Assembly: GCA_964473025.1 (NCBI GenBank)
Contig: CAYYMZ010000003.1
Location: forward strand, 1 to 57,143
Reading direction: 5' to 3'
Source of the DNA: an uncultured Candidatus Saccharibacteria bacterium
GTDB lineage: Bacteria > Patescibacteriota > UBA1384 > DTJR01
DNA length: 57,143 nt
The translations under genes were made by a program, and so were the position numbers. A model generated the notes under the pieces. The model worked only from the letters and a program-made list of their open reading frames with translations, ran no database searches and was not told where the DNA came from. Positions 7,892 to 16,731 of this stretch are shown piece after piece (the first letter of the stretch is position 1; every line of letters starts with the position of its first letter).

Positions 7892-8863
7892 ATGGAAAAG
7901 AAAAAAATTTACATTGCAAGACAAATTGATTCCAAAGGAATAGAAAAACTTAAAGGGAATGGGTCGTTTGAGATAGAGACAAATCCTAAAGATGAGGTTT
8001 TGTCTAAAGAAGAATTAATTAAAAAGGCAAAGGGTGCCGAAGCGCTGGTTACACTTTTAACTGATAAAATTGACGCCGAAGTAATGGATGGAATAGGCGG
8101 TGATCTTAAAATAATCGCAAATTATGCGGTGGGATACGACAATATTGACGTTCAAGCCGCGCGTGAGCGGGGCATCTGTGTCACCAATACTCCCGAAGCA
8201 ATGACTCAAGCGGTTGCCGAACACGCCATTGGACTCATATTGGTTTGCGCCAGGCGCATTGTCGAAGGTGATAAATTCGTCAGAGCCAAAAAATATAAGG
8301 GTTGGGAGCCAGAACTTCTCTTAGGACCAGAAATTGTCGGTAAAACTCTTGGAATTATCGGCATTGGGCGGATTGGTTCAAAATTGGCTTATATCGCTTA
8401 TCATGGGTTCGGTATGAAGATAATTTATAACGACATTAATCATAACGAAGAAATAGAGCGAAATTTACAAGCCGAATATGCATCGCTGCACGAGCTTCTG
8501 GAGAAAAGTGATTTCGTATCACTTCACGTGCCACTGTGCAAAGAAACTCGTCATTTAATTGGCCGCGAACAATTAGCAGCTATGAAAAAATCTGCGATTT
8601 TAATTAACACGTCGCGCGGGACAGTCATAGATGAAAAAGTATTGGTTGAGGCATTGCGTGATAAAGAAATCTTTGCCGCCGGTCTTGACGTTTTCGAGAA
8701 TGAAACCGTTCCGGATGAAAAATTAATCGAACTTGAGAATGTAGTTTTGACCCCACACATCGCCAGCGCCACCCACGAAGCAAGGCGGGAGATGGCTATC
8801 TGTGTGGCAGAAAATATCATTGAAGTTTTAAATGGGCGTGAGGCAAAAACGCCAGTCAAATAA
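7892..8863 (+). CDS. D-isomer-specific 2-hydroxyacid dehydrogenase (glyoxylate/hydroxypyruvate reductase-like)
   Basis: GIIGIGRIG NAD-binding motif and full-length family architecture. Confidence 0.88.
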   Translation: MEKKKIYIARQIDSKGIEKLKGNGSFEIETNPKDEVLSKEELIKKAKGAEALVTLLTDKIDAEVMDGIGGDLKIIANYAVGYDNIDVQAARERGICVTNTPEAMTQAVAEHAIGLILVCARRIVEGDKFVRAKKYKGWEPELLLGPEIVGKTLGIIGIGRIGSKLAYIAYHGFGMKIIYNDINHNEEIERNLQAEYASLHELLEKSDFVSLHVPLCKETRHLIGREQLAAMKKSAILINTSRGTVIDEKVLVEALRDKEIFAAGLDVFENETVPDEKLIELENVVLTPHIASATHEARREMAICVAENIIEVLNGREAKTPVK

Positions 8864-9017
8864 AAATAAATGGGAAATAATAAAAATAATATCCCCCACG
8901 CATTCGGCCTCTTGCAGTATTCTAATTATAGAAATCTGCAAATAGGCCTCTTGCAGGGGGACTTCCGGTCTATAACACCCCTCACAAAGGGGTGTTGGGA
9001 CACGGAGCGGGGGGAAA

Positions 9018-10079
9018 ATGGCTATTAGAATTGCAATCAATGGATTCGGAAGAATCGGACGACAGACCGCTAAGGCACTGTTTGAAAAATATGAAAAAAA
9101 CGAGATTAACGTTGAAGATATTGAATTAGTAGCGGTTAACGACTTAACGGACGCCAAGACGCTGGGACATCTTCTCAAATACGATTCTGTTTATGGAATT
9201 ATGGAAAATAAGATTGCGATTAAAGATAAATCAGCTAATCCGGTCTTTGAAGGTGAGGTTGCAATTGACGACATGAGTTTTGGAGTATTAAACGAAGAAG
9301 AACCGTTGAAACTACCCTGGAAAAAATTAGGGATTGATCTGGTGATTGAATCAACCGGACGGTTTTTGGACCGCGAGAGCGCCGGATTGCATCTTAAGGC
9401 AGGAGCAAAAAAAGTAATTGTGACCGCGCCCTGTAAAGGCAGTGGAGTTGAGACGTTTGTGATGGGCGTCAATATGGATAAATATTCAGACGGAAACGAT
9501 GTTATTTCAAACGCTTCCTGCACCACCAATTCAATCGCGCCGGTGATGAAGGTAATGCAGGAGCATTTTGGAATTGAAAAAGCGATGATGACCACAACAC
9601 ACGCATTTACCGCCGATCAGGTTTTGGTGGATGGTCCACACCGCGATTTACGCCGCGCCAGAAGCGCCTCGATTAATATTATTCCGACCACAACCGGCGC
9701 TGCCATCGCCGCCGCCAAGACATTGCCAGAGCTTGAGGGAAAATTTGATGGTATGTCGATTCGTGTCCCGGTGCCAGTCGGATCAATTTCGGATATCACA
9801 ATGGTTTTAAAGAGAGAGGCAACGCCAGAAGAAATCAGTCAAATATTTATCGAGGAGTGCGATAAACCAGGATGGAGAGGAATATTAACTTATACCAAAG
9901 ACCCTGTTGTCTCAAGCGACATTATCGGTAATCCTCACTCGGCAATTGTTGACCTGAATTTAACGCAAGTAGTTGGAAAAAATTTGGTTAAAGTTTGCGC
10001 CTGGTATGACAATGAGTGGGGATACTCGCACCGTTTAATCGAGCAGGCACTTTATATCGGAGAACAAATAAAGAAATAA
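9018..10079 (+). CDS. gap: Glyceraldehyde-3-phosphate dehydrogenase, type I
   Basis: INGFGRIGR N-terminus and SNASCTTNS active-site motif. Confidence 0.95.
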   Translation: MAIRIAINGFGRIGRQTAKALFEKYEKNEINVEDIELVAVNDLTDAKTLGHLLKYDSVYGIMENKIAIKDKSANPVFEGEVAIDDMSFGVLNEEEPLKLPWKKLGIDLVIESTGRFLDRESAGLHLKAGAKKVIVTAPCKGSGVETFVMGVNMDKYSDGNDVISNASCTTNSIAPVMKVMQEHFGIEKAMMTTTHAFTADQVLVDGPHRDLRRARSASINIIPTTTGAAIAAAKTLPELEGKFDGMSIRVPVPVGSISDITMVLKREATPEEISQIFIEECDKPGWRGILTYTKDPVVSSDIIGNPHSAIVDLNLTQVVGKNLVKVCAWYDNEWGYSHRLIEQALYIGEQIKK

Positions 10080-10080
10080 A

Positions 10081-10992
10081 ATGAAAGATGTAATTATTAT
10101 CGGCGGTGGACCGGCCGCACTATCAGCTACAATTTATCTGGGAAGGTATAAGCGGGACTGTCTGCTTATAACTGACAGTTTCGGGGGTCAAACCGCGACC
10201 GCAGGAGTAATTGAAAATTATCCGGGTATAAATGCGGTTGAGGGAACTACCTTGATTTCACAGATGATGGAGCAGGCAAAAGCTACGGGAGTTGAAATGA
10301 AAGAAGGGGAGTCGGCTCAAAAAATTGCGGCAGGGAAATCGGGACTATTAATCACAACTCAAAATTCATCCTACGAAGCAAAAGCCGTTATTGTCGCAAC
10401 CGGTAAAAATCCGCGCAAATTGCAGATAGAGGGGGAGAAAGAGTTGATCGGTAAAGGGCTAAGTTATTGCGCGACATGCGACGGACCGCTCTCTAAAAAT
10501 AAGAAGGTTGTAATTATCGGTGGTGGCTACGCTGCGACTAAATCCGCCTTAATTTTGACCAAATATGCAAGTCAAATCACTCTGGTAAATGTAAACGATG
10601 AGCTAACCAGCGAAACCGTAACGCTAGATAAAATAAAAAACGATCCCAAAATAGAGGTTATAAGCTCTGCCGAAACCAATGGATTTGAAAAGCAGGGTGA
10701 ATTTATTGCGGGTATTAAATATAGGGATAAGGTTAGTGGAGAGCAAAAAAGTATTCCGGCCCAAATGGTTTTTGTTGAAATCGGCCAGATTCCAAACACC
10801 GAAAATTTTAGGGGTGAACTCGAACTAACCGAGAAGGGGGATATCAAGATTGATCGGGATAACCAGACGTCCCTTAAGGGTGTTTTTGCGGCAGGGGACG
10901 TAACCGACATATCCGCCAAACAAGTCGTGGTAGCTGCCGGAGAGGGTGCCAAAGCGGCAATTGTTGTAAATTTATATCTTGAAAATAATTGA
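10081..10992 (+). CDS. trxB: Thioredoxin-disulfide reductase
   Basis: GGGPAA FAD motif and CATCDG redox centre. Confidence 0.92.
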   Translation: MKDVIIIGGGPAALSATIYLGRYKRDCLLITDSFGGQTATAGVIENYPGINAVEGTTLISQMMEQAKATGVEMKEGESAQKIAAGKSGLLITTQNSSYEAKAVIVATGKNPRKLQIEGEKELIGKGLSYCATCDGPLSKNKKVVIIGGGYAATKSALILTKYASQITLVNVNDELTSETVTLDKIKNDPKIEVISSAETNGFEKQGEFIAGIKYRDKVSGEQKSIPAQMVFVEIGQIPNTENFRGELELTEKGDIKIDRDNQTSLKGVFAAGDVTDISAKQVVVAAGEGAKAAIVVNLYLENN

Positions 10993-11023
10993 CTTTCTAG
11001 GTATTTTGAGGTTAATTTAACAG

Positions 11024-12265
11024 ATGATGAGAAACCACTTTATTGTAATTGTGTTAATTGTTTTATTGACCGCTTTTGCGGCTTCTGTTGTGTGGCCGGG
11101 TGGCCCCGATTATTTTAAACGTGAAACCAAAATCCATTTAGGGCTTGATCTACAGGGCGGGGTTCAGCTTCTATACAAAATTGACACCGCTGGCTTGGGG
11201 AATAAAACTGTTGTCCAAGCCCAAACTGAAACCAAAGACCTGATTGAACGCCGGGTTAATGATTTGGGTGTGAGCGAACCGGTTGTTCAGGCAACCAGAA
11301 TTGGTTCTGAGTACGGTGTTTTAGTTGAGCTGCCCGGTATAAAGGATATTGAGCAAGCCAAGTCATTGATTGGTAAAACAGCGCAGTTAAAATTCTATGA
11401 GTTGTCGGGAGATAATCAACTTTCTGATACAGGACTGACGGGATCGGACGTAAAACAGGCGCAGGCAGGCGCTGATTCGCAACAGGCGGGATTCTCAAGT
11501 GGAGCAGTGATTTATCTTGAATTCAGTTCCGATGGAGCCAAGAAATTTAGTGAAATTACCAAGCGAAACATCGGTAAGCCAATTATCACCATGCTCGACG
11601 ATCAGGTAATAAACCAGGCAACGGTACAAACGCAGATTAGCGACGGCAAAGCGCAGATAGAAGGTTTAAAATCCATTAAAGAAGCGAAAGACACGGCGCA
11701 GTTAATTAACGAAGGTGCCCTGCCGGCTCCAATTACGCTGGTTTCCGAAAACGAAGTTGGAGCAACACTTGGAAACGAAGCAATTGAAAAAAGCTTGATG
11801 GCGGGCTTGATTGGCTTGTTCTTAGTTGCTGCGTTCATGATCGTTTATTACCGCTGGCTTGGTGTAGCCGCCGTTGCAGCATTAACAATTTACACTTTAA
11901 TCGTCGTCAGTTTATTTAAGTTAATTCCGGTTACATTAACCCTGGCCGGTATTGCGGGGTTTATATTTTCAATCGGAGCGGCGGTTGATGCCAATATTCT
12001 GATTTTTGAAAGATTTAAGGAGGAAAAAAAGAAAGATATCCCGATAACCCAGGCGCTGGAGAATGGATTTACCCGCTCATGGCCGAGTATCCGCGATTCA
12101 AATATCGCATCTTTAATTACATCAGGAATCCTGTTTTACATGAGCACGGGATTAATTAAGGGATTTGCCGTAACACTGGCAATCGGTATTTTTGTTTCAC
12201 TCTTCACTTCGATCATTGTCACGAGAAATATCTTAAGAATATTTATTAAAAACAAACAAACATGA
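11024..12265 (+). CDS. secD: Protein translocase subunit SecD
   Basis: N-terminal TM helix, a periplasmic-type domain and a C-terminal 5-TM bundle. Overlaps secF by 4 nt. Confidence 0.9.
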   Translation: MMRNHFIVIVLIVLLTAFAASVVWPGGPDYFKRETKIHLGLDLQGGVQLLYKIDTAGLGNKTVVQAQTETKDLIERRVNDLGVSEPVVQATRIGSEYGVLVELPGIKDIEQAKSLIGKTAQLKFYELSGDNQLSDTGLTGSDVKQAQAGADSQQAGFSSGAVIYLEFSSDGAKKFSEITKRNIGKPIITMLDDQVINQATVQTQISDGKAQIEGLKSIKEAKDTAQLINEGALPAPITLVSENEVGATLGNEAIEKSLMAGLIGLFLVAAFMIVYYRWLGVAAVAALTIYTLIVVSLFKLIPVTLTLAGIAGFIFSIGAAVDANILIFERFKEEKKKDIPITQALENGFTRSWPSIRDSNIASLITSGILFYMSTGLIKGFAVTLAIGIFVSLFTSIIVTRNILRIFIKNKQT

Positions 12266-13170
12266 ATATAATCGCACTTAGAAAATTTTGGATTATCCTT
12301 TCGGTCAGCTTGGCAGTTGCGGCAATTTTGGTGATTATATTCTTTCGTCCCAGTTTTGGTATCGATTTTACGGGAGGAACTTTAGTCGAGATTAAAACAG
12401 CTGATAATGTTTCTGTAACAGACGCCAGAACAAAGATTGTTGATATTTTAGGGAGCAGGGAAGTCGTTGTGCAGGAGTCGGGGGCAAACCAATTTATCAT
12501 CAGGACAAAGACGCTTGAAGGGGATGGATATAATCAATTTGCAGGGGAGCTAGATAAGACATTCGCCGGAGTTACGGTCTTGCAGCACCAGTCAATCGGA
12601 AGTATCGTCGGAGCAGATTTAACCAGAAAGGCTATTTACGCAATATTGATTGCGTCTGTGTTAATTATTATCTATTTGGCTTACGCATTTAGGGCAGTTC
12701 CGAGATCGGTTTCACCTTGGGCGTTTGGTTCGATCGCAATTGGCGTTTTAGTTCATGATTTAGCCGTTTCTTCTGCAGTTTTCTGTATTCTGGCCAGAGT
12801 CTTAGGGTTTGAAATAGATAGTATGATTATTGTGGCAATTTTAACAATTTTAGGGTTTTCGGTACACGACACAATTGTTATCTTCGACCGGGTGAGAGAA
12901 AATATTATCAAAAATCCGCAAAATTCATTAGCTAACAATGCCAACACCAGCGTCAATCAAACGTTTGCGAGATCACTGAATACCTCTCTGACGGTCATCT
13001 TGGTCTTGGTTGCCATGATTATCTTGGGCGGTTCGACAATCCAGCCATTTGTTATTATGCTGGCAATCGGGATCGCAATCGGCACATATAGTTCAATCTT
13101 TATCGCGGCGCCCACCTTGGTGATGTGGTACGAATATCTTAAGCGTAAAAGAGAGTCCTCTAAGACGTAA
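12262..13170 (+). CDS. secF: Protein translocase subunit SecF
   Basis: GIDFTGGT motif and a C-terminal TM bundle. Confidence 0.9.
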   Translation: MNIIALRKFWIILSVSLAVAAILVIIFFRPSFGIDFTGGTLVEIKTADNVSVTDARTKIVDILGSREVVVQESGANQFIIRTKTLEGDGYNQFAGELDKTFAGVTVLQHQSIGSIVGADLTRKAIYAILIASVLIIIYLAYAFRAVPRSVSPWAFGSIAIGVLVHDLAVSSAVFCILARVLGFEIDSMIIVAILTILGFSVHDTIVIFDRVRENIIKNPQNSLANNANTSVNQTFARSLNTSLTVILVLVAMIILGGSTIQPFVIMLAIGIAIGTYSSIFIAAPTLVMWYEYLKRKRESSKT

Positions 13171-13302
13171 AATATACCATACCATATAGCCGAAGTGGGG
13201 GAGTGGTGAAAGAAAATTTAGAATTTTTAGTTTAAAATTTATAATAACATTTGTTCTAGCGGCGAGGAGTGGGTGGAACAGTCTAAATAATGGACAAAAT
13301 TC

Positions 13303-13328
13303 AAGCCGAAATTATCGGCTTATTTTTT
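13303..13328 (+). terminator. Intrinsic terminator downstream of secF
   Basis: AAGCCGA-AATTA-TCGGCTT followed by ATTTTTT. Confidence 0.7.
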
Positions 13329-14111
13329 GGCCGTTTTTGTTAAATTATATTTTTAATTTATGTGTTTTTAGGTCGATTATAATTTTTTAAAAACGACCGT
13401 GAATTTACTTGATCAAAATTTAACTTAGCTGATCGATTTGTCGACCAACTAATAAAAATGCGTCTACGGCGACTACAGTGGCAAGAACAGGTTCAAATTG
13501 CGCTTTTACGACCGTTATTTATGACGTATATCTAGGTTTTTTACCACGTTTAGTTGGGTCTTAAAAGTGTCCATTTTTATAAGATATAAAAGGGGACATA
13601 CGGTTGTGTAAAAGCTCTGAATTTAACTTTCCGTTGTTAATAAACAAATACATCGCTTCTCGTGCCAATACAGTCACGATATTTTTACGACAACCCACCG
13701 TTGTCGTAAAAGGTATATTGTGCGACCCAATCACAGAATTAACCGTTCTGATTTCGGTTTGATCATTTATGTTCGTTCATTCGGTTTTTTCACCTACAAT
13801 TAATGCCTATCGCTAACCGCTAAACCGCCTCCACTTTTACGTTTGCATTGTGTCACTTCAAATCTTGCTCACATACCTTTATACGGGCCGAAAACTCTCG
13901 CTTTTTTTACCCATTGTTCTTGCCCTCAATATCTCTGTTTTTGGGCCACAATTTGGCCCCCATTAACGCGTTCATTTCGATAACATTACCAGCGAATTAC
14001 CCACGTTGACACTCCATACCACCCCAACAAGACCAGAATAAGTTTATTCCGATGTCGCACAATATAGGAGTACTGCTCTGCCCTTCCCTGTTGTTTTTCA
14101 CCGACAAAACC

Positions 14112-16730
14112 CTACCGCTTGTTCTCTTCTGGGTCTTTGGCAGCAGCTGGAGCCGGTTTTAGTTCACTATCCCCGTTCTTTTCACCTTCCATTGTGCCAC
14201 CTTCCTTCCTCCTGGTACCATCCTCATTTTTCTCAGCGGCTCGCCGGTAATTAGTTCGATTGATAAAATACCATTTTTTTTGATCATAATCCTCCGCCAT
14301 TTTGGGAGAGCGCGATTCTTCGGGCCGGTTCTCCTCCGGATGTCCTTCGGGCGCCTTCGTATCTGGACTTGCGATATCTCTTTTTGGCGCCACTCCCCCG
14401 CCTTGTAAATTAAGACTCTTGATTACTTCGTCTGGCATTGTTACTTCTAGTTTTTTCTTAATTTCTTCCTCGATGTCGGTGCGGTTTTTTGAATATTTTT
14501 GCCTTGATTGAGCAACTACTTTCTCGGTGTTGTTTGTTTTGTCAAAATCCGTTAACAATGTTTTTGCCGAAAACGGCGTGCTGGTTACACCGTCGATTGC
14601 CATTTTGACATATATTGTATAGTTGTTCAGGTTCGTTAAATCTGCCGGTTCAAAAACTGGAACAAATTCTTTCTGTAGCATATCTGCATCACTGGCACCA
14701 ACTCTGAAAACAATTAATGTGCCCACGTTTCCAAAAACCGCATTAGCTACATTTTCTGGCATTTGGGCAATATACTGGTTGGTAACGGTTAGCGACAGGC
14801 CGTATTTCCTTGATTCCGAAAGAATAACGGCAAATGAATCGGTGGCAAAATTCTGAAACTCATCAACGTACAGATAAAACGGGACTCTTTCTTCCCTCTT
14901 CATATCCGCCCGGCTCATCGCCGCCATTTGAATTTTGGTAATTAACATCGATCCGAGAAGCGCACTGTTGTCCTCCCCTATCTTTCCGATCGAAAGATCA
15001 ATTAACAAGATTTTTTTCTTATCCATAACTTCGCGCAGATCGACGGTGCTGTGCTCCTGACCAACAATGTTTCTGATAACAGTTGAGGACAAAAATTGCC
15101 CGACCTTGTTTTGAATCGGCGCAACCGCTTCCGTTCTGAATTTCTGGTCATACCGCTCATATTCATTTAAGAAGAAATCCCTGATGACGGGGTCCTCGAT
15201 TTTGTCAACAACTCCCCTTCTAAATTTAGTATCAGTTAAAATCTTGATAATACTAAGCATCGTTGCGCCCGGATAATCCAAAAGACCTAAGACGACGTTT
15301 CTTAAAATATATTCGAGACGCGGTCCCCACGATTCACCAAATATTTTTTTGAATACCCCGACGATTCCAGAAGCAACAATATTTTTATATTGTGGATCAA
15401 CGCTTTCGAGTAAATTGAAGCCTATAGGATAATCCCGGTCGGCGGGTGAAAAATAAACAACATCCTCAATCCTCTCATCCGGGATATATTCCAAAACGTC
15501 GGAAATCAAATCGCCATGTGGGTCAACAACGGCAACTCCCCTGCCCTTAACAATATCGTCGACGATCATATTTCCAAGTAGGGTCGATTTACCAGTACCG
15601 GTTTTTCCTATTGCGTAAATGTGCATCGCCCGGTCTTTAATTTTAATACCAAATTTAGAAATTGTGTTCCTGAAGTTTGTTTCGCCAACCAAAGACAAAT
15701 TCTCAGATGAAACTTCTTTAATAAGCGGGATATTCTGCGGTGGCTCACCCTTTTTGGCGCCGACCCAATCCATCGTGGGAGTCGCCACGTTTTCACTCGG
15801 AAGGTGAAATATTGAAGCAAGCTCAGCGATGTTTAAAATGTTTGCATCCGGTCCTAAAGCACGACTCTTGTAGAGCTCTTTTATCGGCTCGCCTTCGATG
15901 AGCCGGCCCTGAATAAAACCGTTCATGTTACCCGTGTTGTATTGTTTAAATGCACCCACGACCGCGTTTAATCTCTGTTTCGCTTTAATTGGATCGTTTG
16001 AGAGCGAAACAATTCTGATTTTTGTTTTAAATCCAAGTTTGGTCGTTTTGTCCTCAATCCCTTTAAGTGCGGTTGCCTGCGGACTGGAGATCGAAACCGT
16101 CTGTTGTGTTGTGGCTCCCTCGGCGGGTTTGCCCACGTCTTTAACTGCTCCAAAGACACCCTTAACCAGTGATTTCCAAATTGGCTCTGACGGATCTCTC
16201 CCCGCCTGTATTGCTGAAGAGTAGGCAATCCCCTTCCTCTGCCATGAATCGTCGGCTGGGGTCACGCAGATTTGAATCCAAAGCTCTTCTTCAGCATCAA
16301 GCTGACTTAAAATACTGGTAATTCCCGACATCGGATCGTCTTCGAAGCTTTCAAAGGTTTTTATTGGGTAAACGTCGTCTTTGGTGGTTTTTAAATCTAA
16401 TCCAACTGTTGATTTTTGATAGAGCATTTTCGAGGCGTAGTCGTCAGCGATTGATATCTCAATCGCGGGATATTGGGCATAAAGCTGTCCCTCGACAAAT
16501 TCCTTGAGATATTTTGGCGCGTAAAAATAAAATTGAATGTACTTATTAATTGAAACAATCTCAAAGCTCATCACTGGCTGATATCTTGCCGAGTAGTCAA
16601 ACGTTCCATGCAGGGCGGCAAAAAATAGCTCGGCGGCGGTCGGACCTTTCTCGTTATTTTTAGGCACTAAAATTTTGACCAAAACATAATCGTTCGGGTC
16701 GTAAATTGGTTTCGCAGGTGCCTTAATCAT
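14112..16730 (-). CDS. VirD4/TraG/TraD-like (HerA-FtsK superfamily) P-loop ATPase, copy 2, with a disordered K/E/P-rich C-tail
   Basis: Walker A GKTGTGKST. Also VDPHGDL, YLYVDEFQNFATDSFA, TNQYIAQ and GNVGTLIVFRVG. Paralog of the upstream gene. Confidence 0.8.
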   Translation of the reverse strand: MIKAPAKPIYDPNDYVLVKILVPKNNEKGPTAAELFFAALHGTFDYSARYQPVMSFEIVSINKYIQFYFYAPKYLKEFVEGQLYAQYPAIEISIADDYASKMLYQKSTVGLDLKTTKDDVYPIKTFESFEDDPMSGITSILSQLDAEEELWIQICVTPADDSWQRKGIAYSSAIQAGRDPSEPIWKSLVKGVFGAVKDVGKPAEGATTQQTVSISSPQATALKGIEDKTTKLGFKTKIRIVSLSNDPIKAKQRLNAVVGAFKQYNTGNMNGFIQGRLIEGEPIKELYKSRALGPDANILNIAELASIFHLPSENVATPTMDWVGAKKGEPPQNIPLIKEVSSENLSLVGETNFRNTISKFGIKIKDRAMHIYAIGKTGTGKSTLLGNMIVDDIVKGRGVAVVDPHGDLISDVLEYIPDERIEDVVYFSPADRDYPIGFNLLESVDPQYKNIVASGIVGVFKKIFGESWGPRLEYILRNVVLGLLDYPGATMLSIIKILTDTKFRRGVVDKIEDPVIRDFFLNEYERYDQKFRTEAVAPIQNKVGQFLSSTVIRNIVGQEHSTVDLREVMDKKKILLIDLSIGKIGEDNSALLGSMLITKIQMAAMSRADMKREERVPFYLYVDEFQNFATDSFAVILSESRKYGLSLTVTNQYIAQMPENVANAVFGNVGTLIVFRVGASDADMLQKEFVPVFEPADLTNLNNYTIYVKMAIDGVTSTPFSAKTLLTDFDKTNNTEKVVAQSRQKYSKNRTDIEEEIKKKLEVTMPDEVIKSLNLQGGGVAPKRDIASPDTKAPEGHPEENRPEESRSPKMAEDYDQKKWYFINRTNYRRAAEKNEDGTRRKEGGTMEGEKNGDSELKPAPAAAKDPEENKR

Positions 16731-16731
16731 T

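Noticed and set aside
13441-13449. TCGACCAAC matches the island's right junction (TTCGACCAACAC at 54037-54048), as a possible secondary att site.
   Set aside because: A 9-nt match is about what chance predicts in 2 x 57 kb, and there is no flanking similarity.
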